Numbered from the stretch's first letter, positions 20,488 through 31,088 are shown. The stretch is 64,000 nucleotides of DNA from an uncultured Clostridium sp. (GCA_930982035.1 CAKNJL010000002.1:1416-65415), one strand, 5' to 3'. Notes: generated by a model from the sequence alone, not told the origin. Numbers and translations: made by a program.

Positions 20488-21309
20488 TTATGCTGATTTT
20501 AATTCAAGTCTTAATTTGTCAGCTATCATCGCGATGAATTCGCTGTTTGTTGGCTTTCCTTTTACTGCTGAAATTGTATATCCAAAAATATTTTCAACAA
20601 CTTCTTGTTGTCCTCTTCCCCATGCTACTTCTATTGCATGCCTGATTGCTCTTTCTACACGACTTGGTGTTGTATTAAATTTATGTGCAATTTGTGGATA
20701 CAGACTTTTAGTTATTTGATTTATTACATCAATATCTTTTACTACCATTATTATAGCTTCTCTTAAATATTGATATCCTTTTATATGTGCTGGCACACCT
20801 ACTTCATGTATTATGTTGGTTACTAATGCCTCCAAATTTTCTTCTGTCTTATTATTATCTGCTGAAATTTCTATATATTGAGGTTTTGTATCTCTTGATA
20901 TAAAGTTATTATTATTGGTATTTGCTGGTTTATAAAATTTAAATTCTCTTATTCTTTGTATTAATACTTCAATATCAAATGGTTTCACAACATAATATTG
21001 TGCTCCCAATTCTATTGCTCTTTGTGTTATTTTATCTTGTCCAACTGCTGATAACATTATACAAATCGGCTTTTTTGCTATTTTTATTTTATTAATATTT
21101 TCTAAAACGCCCAGTCCATCTAAATGTGGCATTATTACATCTAATAAAATCACATCAGGTACTGTATTTGCAATAATATCTATTACTTCAGTTCCATCTT
21201 TGGCCCTTGCTATTACCTCCATATCTTCTTGTGCATCTATATATGATGCTAATGTCTGACTAAATTCTTGATTATCATCTGCTATTAAAACTGTAATCTT
21301 TTCTTTCAT
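20488..21309 (-). CDS. spo0A: Sporulation master regulator Spo0A
   Basis: Receiver domain ([20 protein letters not shown]) plus the Spo0A-specific C-terminal domain ([34 protein letters not shown]). GAGGAGGA RBS is present. Confidence 0.95.
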   Translation of the reverse strand: MKEKITVLIADDNQEFSQTLASYIDAQEDMEVIARAKDGTEVIDIIANTVPDVILLDVIMPHLDGLGVLENINKIKIAKKPICIMLSAVGQDKITQRAIELGAQYYVVKPFDIEVLIQRIREFKFYKPANTNNNNFISRDTKPQYIEISADNNKTEENLEALVTNIIHEVGVPAHIKGYQYLREAIIMVVKDIDVINQITKSLYPQIAHKFNTTPSRVERAIRHAIEVAWGRGQQEVVENIFGYTISAVKGKPTNSEFIAMIADKLRLELKSA

Positions 21310-21422
21310 TTGTTCCTCCTCTACTAAATAAATTGTAAAAATTTTACAGTTCAAATTATATTATTGTCGATGATAATTTGCAATAAAAACTGGTAATTTT
21401 TTCCATTTATTTTATGAAAGTT

Positions 21423-22061
21423 TTATTTTTGTATACTTTTCTCTATATATTTTTTAGATAATACTTTTAAATTCAATAAATTAATATTTTTTAATTCATA
21501 ATCTTTTATTAGTTTCTCTTTTATATCTTCTTCCAACTCTATTTTACAAACAATTTCTTCTGTATAAATAGTATCTTTTATATTTATATCATTATTTTTA
21601 CAGTAATATTTAAATTTCTCAAAATTATTATACTCTAAATTAACTTCACATTCTATACCTATTACAAGTTGTCTGATTTCATTCTCATCTATTGCTTTTA
21701 ATAAACTATCTGAATATGCTCTAACCAATCCACCTGTTCCTAATAATATTCCTCCAAAATATCTTGTTACAACTATTAATACATTAACTAAGTTATTTTT
21801 TTGTAAAATATTTAACATTGGTTTTCCTGCTGTTCCAGCCGGTTCTCCATCATCACTAAATCTTTCTATTATGTTCTCATCCTCTAATACTCTATATGAA
21901 ATACAATTATGTCTTGCATCAAAATATTTCTTTTTAATATTTTTTATTTTTTCCTCAGCATCTTGCTTTGAAGTTACTTTTATAAGATTAGCAATAAATT
22001 TTGATTTTTTTACAACTATTTCTGTTTCTAAATTATTTTTTATTGTAAAAAAATTATTCAT
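21423..22061 (-). CDS. yigZ: YigZ/IMPACT family protein
   Basis: Motifs KKSKFIANL, ARHNCISYR, DDGEPAGTAGKPML and VTRYFGGILLGTGGLVRAY. Confidence 0.85.
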   Translation of the reverse strand: MNNFFTIKNNLETEIVVKKSKFIANLIKVTSKQDAEEKIKNIKKKYFDARHNCISYRVLEDENIIERFSDDGEPAGTAGKPMLNILQKNNLVNVLIVVTRYFGGILLGTGGLVRAYSDSLLKAIDENEIRQLVIGIECEVNLEYNNFEKFKYYCKNNDINIKDTIYTEEIVCKIELEEDIKEKLIKDYELKNINLLNLKVLSKKYIEKSIQK

Positions 22062-22162
22062 TTTACACCCTTTCTTTTTTGTACTTTTCATTAATCACTA
22101 TATTTTATTGTTCAAAGTATTTAATTCTATTACTTTTGCCTGTATTAATTTTATCTAAGCCC

Positions 22163-23425
22163 TTATGCATCTAGTCCAGCTACATATCCTGTAGAATATG
22201 CGATTTGTAAATTAAACCCTCCTGTATAGCTATCTACATCTATTATTTCTCCAGCAAAATACAAGCCTTTTATTTTCTTAGATTCCATTGTTTTTGGATT
22301 TATTTCTTTTATATTTATTCCTCCACTTGTAATAATTGCTTCTTCTATTGGTCTAAATCCTTTTATTTCTATATCAAATTTTTTTATTGATTTTATTAAT
22401 TTCTCTCTTTCTTTTTTGGTTATTTCATTAACTTTTTTGTTAGGATCTATTTGTGCTCTTTTTATTATTATTGGAATTAGTTTTTGTGGAAGTAATTTGT
22501 CCAAACTATTTTTAAATTGTTTATTTTTAAATTCTTCAAAATCTCTTAAAATTCTATCATTTAATTTTTTACTATCTAATGCTGGTTTTAAATCTATTTC
22601 TAAAATTATCTTTTTTTCTTGAAATAATTTCTCAACATTTTTATATCTAACTAAATGAGCTGATGAACTTAAAATTGTAGGACCTGAAACACCAAAATGA
22701 GTAAATAGCATTTCTCCAAAATCTTCATATACCTCCTTATTTTTTTCCAAATCTTTTAACTTTATTGCAACATTTCTTAAACTTAAACCTTGTAGTTGTT
22801 TACATTCATTTTTATCATATACTTCTAATGGAACTAATGATGGCTTTATTGGAGTAATACTGTGTCCTAAATTTTCTGCTAATTTATATCCATCACCTGT
22901 TGAACCTGTTAATGGATAACTTTTGCCTCCTACTGCAAGTATTACTTTGTCTGCATCTAATGTTTCTTTATCAGTTTTTACTCCTACTATTTGAGTAACA
23001 CCATCTATAGTTTTTGTTAATATTTCAATTACTTTTGTATTATATTTTACTTCTATATTTAGCTCTTTTATTTTTCTTGTAAAACACTTCAAAACATCTA
23101 CTGATTTGTCAGTTATAGGAAAAATTCTATTTCCTCTTTCTTCTTTCACTTCTAATCCTTGTTCTTTCAAAAAATTAATAATGTCCTTGTTTGTATATTT
23201 TTGATAAACACTATATAAAAAATTTCCATTTCCTGGTGTATTTTTTATAAAGTCTTTTATTTCTAATGATGAAGTTATATTACATCTTCCTTTTCCTGTT
23301 ATTAATAACTTTTTTCCTAACTGATTATTCTTTTCTATTATTAAGACTTCATTTTTATTTTCTTTAGCTGTTATTGCTGACATCATTCCAGCAGGGCCTC
23401 CGCCTATCACAATTACTCTATTCAT
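22163..23425 (-). CDS. NAD(P)/FAD-dependent oxidoreductase of the HI0933/YhiN (BaiN-like) family
   Basis: The true start is MNRVIVIGGGPAGMMSA (Rossmann GxGxxG). The C-terminus reads GLYFAGEIIDVDSYTGGFNLQIAYSTGYVAG. The upstream 57 codons of the tracked ORF are just translation of a palindromic repeat. Confidence 0.85.
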   Translation of the reverse strand: MNRVIVIGGGPAGMMSAITAKENKNEVLIIEKNNQLGKKLLITGKGRCNITSSLEIKDFIKNTPGNGNFLYSVYQKYTNKDIINFLKEQGLEVKEERGNRIFPITDKSVDVLKCFTRKIKELNIEVKYNTKVIEILTKTIDGVTQIVGVKTDKETLDADKVILAVGGKSYPLTGSTGDGYKLAENLGHSITPIKPSLVPLEVYDKNECKQLQGLSLRNVAIKLKDLEKNKEVYEDFGEMLFTHFGVSGPTILSSSAHLVRYKNVEKLFQEKKIILEIDLKPALDSKKLNDRILRDFEEFKNKQFKNSLDKLLPQKLIPIIIKRAQIDPNKKVNEITKKEREKLIKSIKKFDIEIKGFRPIEEAIITSGGINIKEINPKTMESKKIKGLYFAGEIIDVDSYTGGFNLQIAYSTGYVAGLDA

Positions 23426-23453
23426 AAAAAATTCCTTTCTCTGTTTCTGCCCA

Positions 23454-23579
23454 TTTTGTCCATTTGGGAGGTTTCTCTTTTTGTCCATTGGGGACGTTTC
23501 TATTTGGACATTTTTATAAAAATGTCCAAATAGAAACGTCCCCAATGGACAAAAAGAGAAACCTCCCAAATGGACAAAA
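23454..23579. repeat. 126 bp perfect palindrome (63 + 63 nt, no loop) built from GGACA / TTGGGGACG units
   Basis: The left arm TTTTGTCCATTTGGGAGGTTTCTCTTTTTGTCCATTGGGGACGTTTCTATTTGGACATTTTTA is exactly reverse-complementary to the right arm. It is intergenic between 23596..24831 and the true start at 23425. Confidence 0.9.
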
Positions 23580-23595
23580 CGTCCCAAATTGGACA

Positions 23596-24831
23596 CTATT
23601 TTTTCATTTCTTCTATTGCTTTTAAAACTCCATATTTTCCATATTCATATGTTAATCCACCTTGCAAGTATGCAATATATGGCTCTCTTATTGGTCCATC
23701 ACAACTAAGTTCTATTGTTGATCCTTCTGTAAATGTTCCCGCTGCCATGATTACTTCATCTTCATATCCTCCCATAGGACTTGGTTCTGGTATTACATTT
23801 GAATCTATTGGTGACCCCTTTTGTATTCCTTGGCAAAATCTTATTAACTTTTCTGCTGTTCCTAAATGTATTGTTTGAACTATATCTGCTCTTTCTTCAT
23901 TATATTTTGGCTCTACATCATATCCTAATTCTTCTAAAATGCAACTTGCAAAAATGGCTGTTTTCATACTACTTGCTACGACTTGTGGTGCAAAAAATAA
24001 TCCTTTTAGTAAGTTTGTATTTTGGTTTAATGATGGTCCTATTTCTTTTCCTATTCCTGGTGCTGTTAGTCTTTCTGCACATAATTCTATTAATTTTTCT
24101 TTTCCTACTATATATGCTCCACTTGTTGCAATACCTGCACCTAAATTTTTCATTAATGACCCAACAGCTATATCTGCTCCAACTTCTATTGGTTCCTTAT
24201 CTTGAACAAATTCTCCATAACAGTTATCTACCATTATAATTACTTCTTGATTTACTTCTCTTATAGCTTTTATTGCTTTTTCTATTTTTTCTATTGTTAA
24301 ACTTTTTCTTGTAGAATATCCTCTTGATCTTTGAATCTCAACTAGTTTAACATCTTTTTTTGATAATCTATTTTGTATTTTTTCTATATCAAAGTCATTA
24401 TCTTTTAATTCTATTTGTTCATATTTCACATCATATGCTTTTAGTGAACTCGCACTTACTTCTTTTCCTATTCCTATTACTGTTTGTAATGTATCATATG
24501 GTTCTCCTGTTATGCTTATCATTGTATCATTAGGACGTAATAGTGCTGATAATGTGATTGCCAAGGCATGTGTTCCTGAAATAAATTGTGTTCTTACTAA
24601 ACTATCTTCTGCTTTAAATATTTGGGCATATATTTCTTCTATTTTATTCCTTCCTGCTTCGTCTATACCATATCCTGTAGAACTTGCTAAATGTATTTCT
24701 TGTAAATTGCATTCTTGAAATGCCTCTATTACTTTTATACTATTTTTTTCACATATTTCTTCTATTTGTCTAAATTGTGGCTCTATTTTTTTCTCTACCT
24801 TTTTTGATAATTCTAATAAATCTTTATTCAT
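23596..24831 (-). CDS. YnbB-type PLP-dependent (Cys/Met-metabolism lyase-like, aluminium-resistance family) protein
   Basis: 411 aa. Motifs SSTGYGIDEAGRNKIEEIYAQIFKAEDSLVR and ISGTHAL are typical of the YnbB family. Confidence 0.7.
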   Translation of the reverse strand: MNKDLLELSKKVEKKIEPQFRQIEEICEKNSIKVIEAFQECNLQEIHLASSTGYGIDEAGRNKIEEIYAQIFKAEDSLVRTQFISGTHALAITLSALLRPNDTMISITGEPYDTLQTVIGIGKEVSASSLKAYDVKYEQIELKDNDFDIEKIQNRLSKKDVKLVEIQRSRGYSTRKSLTIEKIEKAIKAIREVNQEVIIMVDNCYGEFVQDKEPIEVGADIAVGSLMKNLGAGIATSGAYIVGKEKLIELCAERLTAPGIGKEIGPSLNQNTNLLKGLFFAPQVVASSMKTAIFASCILEELGYDVEPKYNEERADIVQTIHLGTAEKLIRFCQGIQKGSPIDSNVIPEPSPMGGYEDEVIMAAGTFTEGSTIELSCDGPIREPYIAYLQGGLTYEYGKYGVLKAIEEMKK

Positions 24832-25003
24832 TACTATTTATATCCTCTTTTCTATTCTTATATTTTACTTTATCTATTTTACAACATTTTATATTATTTA
24901 GCAAGATTTTTAAATTTTCAACTTCATATATGGCAAAACAACTTTTATACAATAAAAAAACAGCTATAATTATCTAAATAAAAATAATCTAGCTGTTTTT
25001 TTA

Positions 25004-25282
25004 TTATTTTTGTGCATATGGTAATAAAGCGATATGTCTTGCTCTTTTTATAGCTAATGTTATATCTCTTTGATGTTTAGCACATGCTCCAGTAGTTCTT
25101 CTTGGTAATATTTTTCCTTTATCGCTTATAAATTTTCTTAATTGTTCTGGATTTTTATAATCTAAAACAAAATTTTTGTCACTACATAATACACATACTT
25201 TTTTTCTTTGTTTTCTGAATCTTGGATTATAATCCTCATCATAATTTTTATTATTTCTTTTATTTTGTTTTTTATCTGCCAT
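25004..25282 (-). CDS. rpsR: 30S ribosomal protein S18
   Basis: Motifs [49 protein letters not shown]. Confidence 0.95.
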   Translation of the reverse strand: MADKKQNKRNNKNYDEDYNPRFRKQRKKVCVLCSDKNFVLDYKNPEQLRKFISDKGKILPRRTTGACAKHQRDITLAIKRARHIALLPYAQK

Positions 25283-25306
25283 TTTCTATTATTCCCCCCT
25301 AACAAA

Positions 25307-25738
25307 TTAGAATGGTAGGTCATCACTTGAAGACATTTCAAAATCTGAACCCATATTTCCAGGAGCTGTACTTCCAAATGTATTTTCAAAAGAAGTATTA
25401 TTTGATGCATCTGTATCTTTCTTACTATCAGCAAAATATGCTTCTTCTGCTACAACCTCTGTAACATAGTGTTTTTGTCCTTGGTCATCATCCCAAGTTC
25501 TTGTTTGAATTCTTCCAATAATTCCTACTTGTTGACCTTTCTTAAAGTATTTACTACAAAATTCTCCTAATTTACTCCATGCAACAATATTGATAAAATC
25601 TGCCTGTCTTTCTTCTCCTTGTCTTACAAATCTTCTATTTACTGCTAGACTAAATGAAGATACTAATGTATTACTTGTTTGAGTATATCTTACTTCTGGA
25701 TCTCTTGTTAATCTTCCCATTAATATTACTTTATTCAT
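25307..25738 (-). CDS. ssb: Single-stranded DNA-binding protein
   Basis: MNKVILMGRLTRDPEVRYT opens an OB fold, and the acidic tail ends in DDLPF. The gene lies between rpsF and rpsR. Confidence 0.95.
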   Translation of the reverse strand: MNKVILMGRLTRDPEVRYTQTSNTLVSSFSLAVNRRFVRQGEERQADFINIVAWSKLGEFCSKYFKKGQQVGIIGRIQTRTWDDDQGQKHYVTEVVAEEAYFADSKKDTDASNNTSFENTFGSTAPGNMGSDFEMSSSDDLPF

Positions 25739-25790
25739 TTTTATCACCTTTCTTACTTTAAATAAAGGCCCCTTCTTTATTTAATTTTTT

Positions 25791-26075
25791 CTATTTCTCT
25801 TTTTTTACTGTGATGAATTTTAAAATATCATCTGTAATTCTGTAAACTCTTTCAAGTTCAGCAATTAATTCTGGATTAGCTTCAAAATTGAATAACATAT
25901 ATGTAGCTTCTTTGAATTTTTTGATTTCATAAGCTAGTTTTCTTTTTCCCATGTTTTCAACTGATTCTACTTTTCCATTTTCATTAATTAATCCTGTGAA
26001 TTTTTCTTCTAAAGCTTTTAAACCTGCTTCATCAACATTTGGATTAACAATGATAATACTTTCATATTTATTCAT
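25791..26075 (-). CDS. rpsF: 30S ribosomal protein S6
   Basis: Motifs MNKYESIIIVNPN and GKRKLAYEIKKFKEATY, in the order rpsF-ssb-rpsR. Confidence 0.93.
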   Translation of the reverse strand: MNKYESIIIVNPNVDEAGLKALEEKFTGLINENGKVESVENMGKRKLAYEIKKFKEATYMLFNFEANPELIAELERVYRITDDILKFITVKKEK

Positions 26076-26166
26076 TATCATTCACCTCCCTATGGATTTT
26101 ATAACCTGCTTTTTGGCAAGTAGAGATTTTTATAATGTAATTTATTCATAAAGCATAGCTATTTTA

Positions 26167-27840
26167 TCACACTTTTTCACATAATGCAAGCAATTTTTTG
26201 CTTTTCTTTTTTATCAGCAACATAACACATAAAACAAAAGTTACTATACTTATGATATTTGCAATTTTCATGATAGGTGTTTTTTTATAAGTCAATGTAT
26301 AAGTTCCGCTTTCATCAATTGTTGCCTGCAAAAATCCATTATCACTTTCTGTTAATTCTATGTCTTGTCCATTTATTTCTAAGTTATATCCCATATAATA
26401 AATTCTTGGTAATTCAATAGTAAGTGGTTCTGAAGTTTTGACTTCAAAAGTTAAATCTGGTACATCATCTAATATTTTTGTAATTTCTCCTGTACCGCTT
26501 TCAATTATTATATCTTTATTTCTATTATCAAAATATTCTCTATTTTTCAGTGCTTTTTCTGATAAATATTCTGCTTGATTTCCCATACATTTAGAATTAT
26601 TTATATTATTTATATCAATTTGTGATTCTTCTAAATGGTCAATATAAATGTATGTTCCTAATAGTGAAAGAATCAATAATATATAACACAATATATTGAA
26701 ATATTTTTTGTTCTCTATTTGCTTTAAACAAATTCCAGATATTAATATAGCTCCAAATGATATATATAGTACTAATCTCCAAGGAAATTGCAAGGTTTGT
26801 AAAATGTCTGGTGTATAATACCATGGAAAAATTTTTGTAACCATTATTGTTGATAAGACTGTAAAAGTTAATAAAAATAGCCATAATTTTTCTTTCCATA
26901 ATTTTTTCTTTATAATAAAAAATACACTTACAAAGAACATTATTGTGACAAATAGTTGGAGATTATATCTCACAAAATGATAATCAATATCTCTAAAAAA
27001 TGCAAATAATTCTAATATTGATATTGTGCTAAATCTTAAATCTCCTTTTCCTGTCATGTAATATGGCATAAATACTCCATAACTTCCTTTTAGTTTTATT
27101 TCTAACATCGGTAACCAAAATGATGCTGTTAGTAAAAGAATTATCACAGATGCAGATACTAAGTATAATATATTTTTCTTTGTAAACATTTCTTTAAAAT
27201 AAATTGTAAAAAAGCTTACTATAAGTATTAATGTAAAATATATTGTCATTGCTAAATGTGAATAAATTGCTAGTGTGTATCCTCCTACAAAGTACAGAAA
27301 AAATAATTTATATCGTTTTTCTTTTAAATATAATAAACCTAATATTATTAATGGTATTGCAATTGGTATAAACATTTCTGAAAAAGAGTCTCTGACAAAT
27401 ATCTGTGCCAAATGATATGGTGCTGTCATATAAAAAAATGATAAGAACATTGCTATTTTTTTATTTTTAAATATCTTTTCTCCTAAAAGATAAAATGTCA
27501 CTCCTGATGCAAAAATTGTTAACCATTGTGTTATACGCATTCCAATTGCTACATTGTCTATATTAAATATTGTTAGTAATTTAGTTATATATCCTGCCGT
27601 TAAATGTGGTAATGGTGGATAAAAAAATCTTGTTCCATATCCTAAGTCATTTCCTATATATTTTAATGGCTCTTGTACTGTTAGATTATCCCAAGATAAT
27701 TGGTCAACAATTGCTGTTATTGTTGCTAAGTGAAAATCGGTGTCATGACCTTTGATATATCCATTATGTACATCCATTATCATAATTATTATACTAAATA
27801 TAAATATTGCTAATATGAACTTTATTGTTCTATGCTTCAT
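26167..27840 (-). CDS. Large polytopic membrane protein; a GT-C/YfhO-like glycosyltransferase fold is suspected
   Basis: About 13 TM helices, an N-terminal GHDTDFHL motif and a C-terminal extracytoplasmic domain. The functional call is weak. Confidence 0.45.
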   Translation of the reverse strand: MKHRTIKFILAIFIFSIIIMIMDVHNGYIKGHDTDFHLATITAIVDQLSWDNLTVQEPLKYIGNDLGYGTRFFYPPLPHLTAGYITKLLTIFNIDNVAIGMRITQWLTIFASGVTFYLLGEKIFKNKKIAMFLSFFYMTAPYHLAQIFVRDSFSEMFIPIAIPLIILGLLYLKEKRYKLFFLYFVGGYTLAIYSHLAMTIYFTLILIVSFFTIYFKEMFTKKNILYLVSASVIILLLTASFWLPMLEIKLKGSYGVFMPYYMTGKGDLRFSTISILELFAFFRDIDYHFVRYNLQLFVTIMFFVSVFFIIKKKLWKEKLWLFLLTFTVLSTIMVTKIFPWYYTPDILQTLQFPWRLVLYISFGAILISGICLKQIENKKYFNILCYILLILSLLGTYIYIDHLEESQIDINNINNSKCMGNQAEYLSEKALKNREYFDNRNKDIIIESGTGEITKILDDVPDLTFEVKTSEPLTIELPRIYYMGYNLEINGQDIELTESDNGFLQATIDESGTYTLTYKKTPIMKIANIISIVTFVLCVMLLIKKKSKKLLALCEKV

Positions 27841-28024
27841 ATATATCATCCTTTATTTCTAACTATATTTTGCCAATTCATTATATCATAGATTCCATTC
27901 TTTTTATAGTCTTCCCATTAAATTACTATACCTAAATATTTCAATTATAATAAAAATCTAAATATAATGTATTTTTTATTTTTTTATGTTATAATTTAGA
28001 TAAATCAATTGTGTGAGGTATAAA

Positions 28025-29008
28025 ATGAATAGTAACGAAAAATTTGAAAAAATATATTCCAAACTAGTAGAAAATAATCTTAGTGATTTAGAAAAAGCAA
28101 GAGAAAATGCTAATCGAGAAAAAATCATAAATACTATAATATCAATAATATGCGTTATTGCAATAGTGGCTTTATTTTTTTCATTTTGCCTAATTTTTTA
28201 TACAAAAAATTTAATAATTGCACTTGTCGTTTCTCTATCTGTTTCTATCGCTTTTATTGTACATACAAAATTCAAACCTCAATATAGCAACCATAAAACT
28301 TATCAATATAACGATAAATTCAAATCAGAAGTCATTACAGCACTTTTAAATTCATTTAATGAAACCATTGAATACTTTCCATATAGAGGTATTAAACCTA
28401 CTATTTATGATGAGGCTGAATTTGAAAATTATGATAGATTTAGCTCTGAAGATTTAGTATATGGAAAATTAAAAAATAATTGTAATTTTCTTATATCAGA
28501 GGTATTAACAGAATATGAAATTCAAGATAGTAATGGTAATCGACATTATAATCCAATATTTTGTGGAATATTTTCTAAAGTTAAAACTCCTAAGCCATTT
28601 AATGCTAGTTTATATTTACGAAAAGATAGAAAAGATAAAAACTTATTCGATAGAGCCTTTAGAACAAAATTACCTTTTGACAATTTAAGAGTAGAGACAG
28701 ATTCACAAGAATTTGAAAAAGTATTTGATGTATATTGTACTGATAAAATAATTGCAATGCAACTCCTTACAGCTGATATTATGCAACTACTAATTGATTT
28801 CCAGGAAGAAATGAACATGGATTATGAGTTAACAATAAAAAATAACTGCATATATGTCAGATTTATGTCTGGAAAAATGTTTGAAACTTCAAAATTAACA
28901 AAATCTTCTTTAGATAAAGAAACTTTGTATAAATATTATAAAATGTTAGACTTTATTTTTTCACTAACTGATAAATTAATAAATCTAATAAAAAATACAG
29001 AATATTAA
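28025..29008 (+). CDS. DUF3137-like membrane protein (LemA-associated)
   Basis: Two TM helices after an N-terminal helix. The gene sits immediately upstream of lemA, the usual partner arrangement. Confidence 0.5.
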   Translation: MNSNEKFEKIYSKLVENNLSDLEKARENANREKIINTIISIICVIAIVALFFSFCLIFYTKNLIIALVVSLSVSIAFIVHTKFKPQYSNHKTYQYNDKFKSEVITALLNSFNETIEYFPYRGIKPTIYDEAEFENYDRFSSEDLVYGKLKNNCNFLISEVLTEYEIQDSNGNRHYNPIFCGIFSKVKTPKPFNASLYLRKDRKDKNLFDRAFRTKLPFDNLRVETDSQEFEKVFDVYCTDKIIAMQLLTADIMQLLIDFQEEMNMDYELTIKNNCIYVRFMSGKMFETSKLTKSSLDKETLYKYYKMLDFIFSLTDKLINLIKNTEY

Positions 29009-29022
29009 TTAGGAGGATTAAC

Positions 29023-29553
29023 ATGATAATAGCAATAATTATAGTTTTTGTTTTAATATTACTTGTTTTTATACAATACAACCAATTGACAAAATTAAAA
29101 TTAAGAGTTGAACAATCTAAAAGTGGAATAGATGTCTATTTACAGCAGAGATTTGATTTAATACCAAATTTAGTAAATACTGTAAAAGAGTATATGGATT
29201 ATGAAAAAGAAACTTTTGAAAATATTACAAAACTAAGAAATCAATATAATGAAACTAAAAATATAAAAATTAGTGAGGAATTAAATAATCAGATAAACCA
29301 AATAGTTGCAGTTGCTGAAAATTATCCGGAGTTAAAAGCAAGTGAACAGTTTTTAAATCTACAAAGAAATTTGTCTAAAATAGAAAGTCAATTGCAAGCA
29401 GCTAGAAGAATATTCAATAATGATGTAACAAAATATAATACTAAAATTAATATTGTCCCTTACAATATTATTGCCATTTTATTCGGATTTAATGAAGAAT
29501 CTTTATTTCAAATTAATGATGAAACTAAAAATAATATTTCTGTAGATCTTTAA
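29023..29553 (+). CDS. lemA: LemA family protein
   Basis: N-terminal TM, then YNQLTKLKLRVEQSKSGIDVYLQQRFDLIPNLV, ENYPELKASEQF and ARRIFNNDVTKYN. Confidence 0.88.
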   Translation: MIIAIIIVFVLILLVFIQYNQLTKLKLRVEQSKSGIDVYLQQRFDLIPNLVNTVKEYMDYEKETFENITKLRNQYNETKNIKISEELNNQINQIVAVAENYPELKASEQFLNLQRNLSKIESQLQAARRIFNNDVTKYNTKINIVPYNIIAILFGFNEESLFQINDETKNNISVDL

Positions 29554-29555
29554 AA

Positions 29556-29588
29556 AAGATGGAGAGTTTTTATAACTCTCTCCATCTT
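29556..29588. terminator. Hairpin between the convergent lemA and NUDIX operons
   Basis: The stem is AAGATGGAGAG / CTCTCCATCTT. An A-run lies 5' on the plus strand, which is a T-run 3' on the minus strand. Confidence 0.6.
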
Positions 29589-29740
29589 GGTAGGCTTGGA
29601 ACTCATACAAGCCTGCAATCAAAATTTGAAGAATAAATAGAAAAAGTTTGATTCAATTCATTGATACTTATGCTCCTTATTAAATAATAAACTGTATATT
29701 TTTTTAATATTATTTTATAATATTCGTTGATATTCATCTA

Positions 29741-30262
29741 CTATAAATAATTTTTATCAAATAAATATTTCATTACTACAGAATAATCTGTTTTAAATAA
29801 ACTAGGTTCATTTTTCATTAGTTCTTGGATTTCTTGCTTAGACTTATAATATATTTTTTCAATACCATCTCTATCAAATTCACGTATTTCACTAGTATAT
29901 CTTAATAGATATACTTTTTGAAAAGTATTGCTATCACTATTAAATGGAGAAAAATATGCTACTTCTTGTAGTTCAACATTTTCTATTCCTAATTCTTCTT
30001 TTAATTCTCTATATGCAGATTCTTCATAGTCCTCTCCAGAATTAACATGCCCTCCTACTGAAAAATCATAACAATTAGGAAATAATTTTCTATTAGAACT
30101 TCTTTTGGGAACAACTATCATATCATCATTATTAATAACTATTATATTAATAAATCTTAATTGTGATGGTTTTACAGTATTTTGCTCATTCTCTCTTATT
30201 TTTCCTATAATCTCGTCTTTTTCATTTACTATATCAAAAAATTCAACACTATCTTTCTTCAT
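29741..30262 (-). CDS. NUDIX hydrolase
   Basis: Nudix box GGHVNSGEDYEESAYRELKEELGI. The gene overlaps the 3' end of the upstream ORF. Confidence 0.85.
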   Translation of the reverse strand: MKKDSVEFFDIVNEKDEIIGKIRENEQNTVKPSQLRFINIIVINNDDMIVVPKRSSNRKLFPNCYDFSVGGHVNSGEDYEESAYRELKEELGIENVELQEVAYFSPFNSDSNTFQKVYLLRYTSEIREFDRDGIEKIYYKSKQEIQELMKNEPSLFKTDYSVVMKYLFDKNYL

Positions 30263-31088
30263 TTCCTTCACCTACTTCTTTGTATCTCAATCTTTCTGGT
30301 ACAATAACTTCTGGAACTAAAACTTTTCCATTTTCAATTTGAGCAATTGGAATATATTCTTTATAATGTCTTTGTAAGTCCTTACTGTCATACATTGGAA
30401 TTATTACTTTATCTACTACTTGTCTAAAATAATCATTCTTTATCCCGTTATAATTATTAGGAACTGATTCTTCTGCTATTTCTCTTGGAATTCCGTTTTT
30501 TACTAATTTATTAATCCTATCCATTCTTAGCTCATTATATTGAGTTTGGCTTACTATTTGCTTTCTATATCGCATTCTATTAGTATCATCTAAAAACAAT
30601 ATATCTTCCCAAGGTATTACATAAGTTTCGTGACAAGCAGTTCCATGACTTAAAAATGAACCATCCCATCCTTTGCCAATATAATCTATAATTAACTCTT
30701 GTCCTGTTCTATAATCTAAATAAAAACATCCATCTGTTTCGTATGTTGGACAAAACTTCCCGTTATCCCAATATATTATTGCTACTCCTTTTGTTCCTTT
30801 TTCTTCTGCTTTTTCCATAATTTGCCTCATATATTCAAATATAGTAACTCTATTTCCGTTTTGCCCTCCTACTCCAATAGGTACATTTCCTATTTGAGTG
30901 TCTGATCTCATACAAAATTCTTCTTGAGCTTTATATGTATCTAATAATGCTCGTATTTCATCTTCATTTTCTACTATAAAAAAGTTAGAATATGTTGGTA
31001 ATTTATACCTTTTGGCAAGTAAGTATCCATTTCCTTTTCCATATTTAGAAATTTCTTTAATATCACTTATTTTATTTCCATCTAGCAT
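30249..31088 (-). CDS. Hypothetical protein, translationally coupled to the NUDIX gene
   Basis: 279 aa ORF with no motif recognised. Any resemblance to an ATP-grasp/PEP-utilising fold is only a guess. Confidence 0.55.
   Translation of the reverse strand: MLDGNKISDIKEISKYGKGNGYLLAKRYKLPTYSNFFIVENEDEIRALLDTYKAQEEFCMRSDTQIGNVPIGVGGQNGNRVTIFEYMRQIMEKAEEKGTKGVAIIYWDNGKFCPTYETDGCFYLDYRTGQELIIDYIGKGWDGSFLSHGTACHETYVIPWEDILFLDDTNRMRYRKQIVSQTQYNELRMDRINKLVKNGIPREIAEESVPNNYNGIKNDYFRQVVDKVIIPMYDSKDLQRHYKEYIPIAQIENGKVLVPEVIVPERLRYKEVGEGNEER

Noticed and set aside
23426-23596. N-terminal 57-codon extension of the flavoprotein ORF (MSNLGRFVHLGGFSFCPLGTFLFGHFYKNVQ...)
   Set aside because: It is a translation of the 126 bp palindrome. 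The Rossmann motif begins right after the internal Met at 23425.
25162-25434. 90 aa minus-strand ORF overlapping rpsR and ssb
   Set aside because: It is out of frame with two highly conserved genes and has no motif.
26639-26899. 86 aa ORF inside the large membrane-protein gene
   Set aside because: It is an alternative frame on the same strand as a 560 aa ORF, and there is no independent support.
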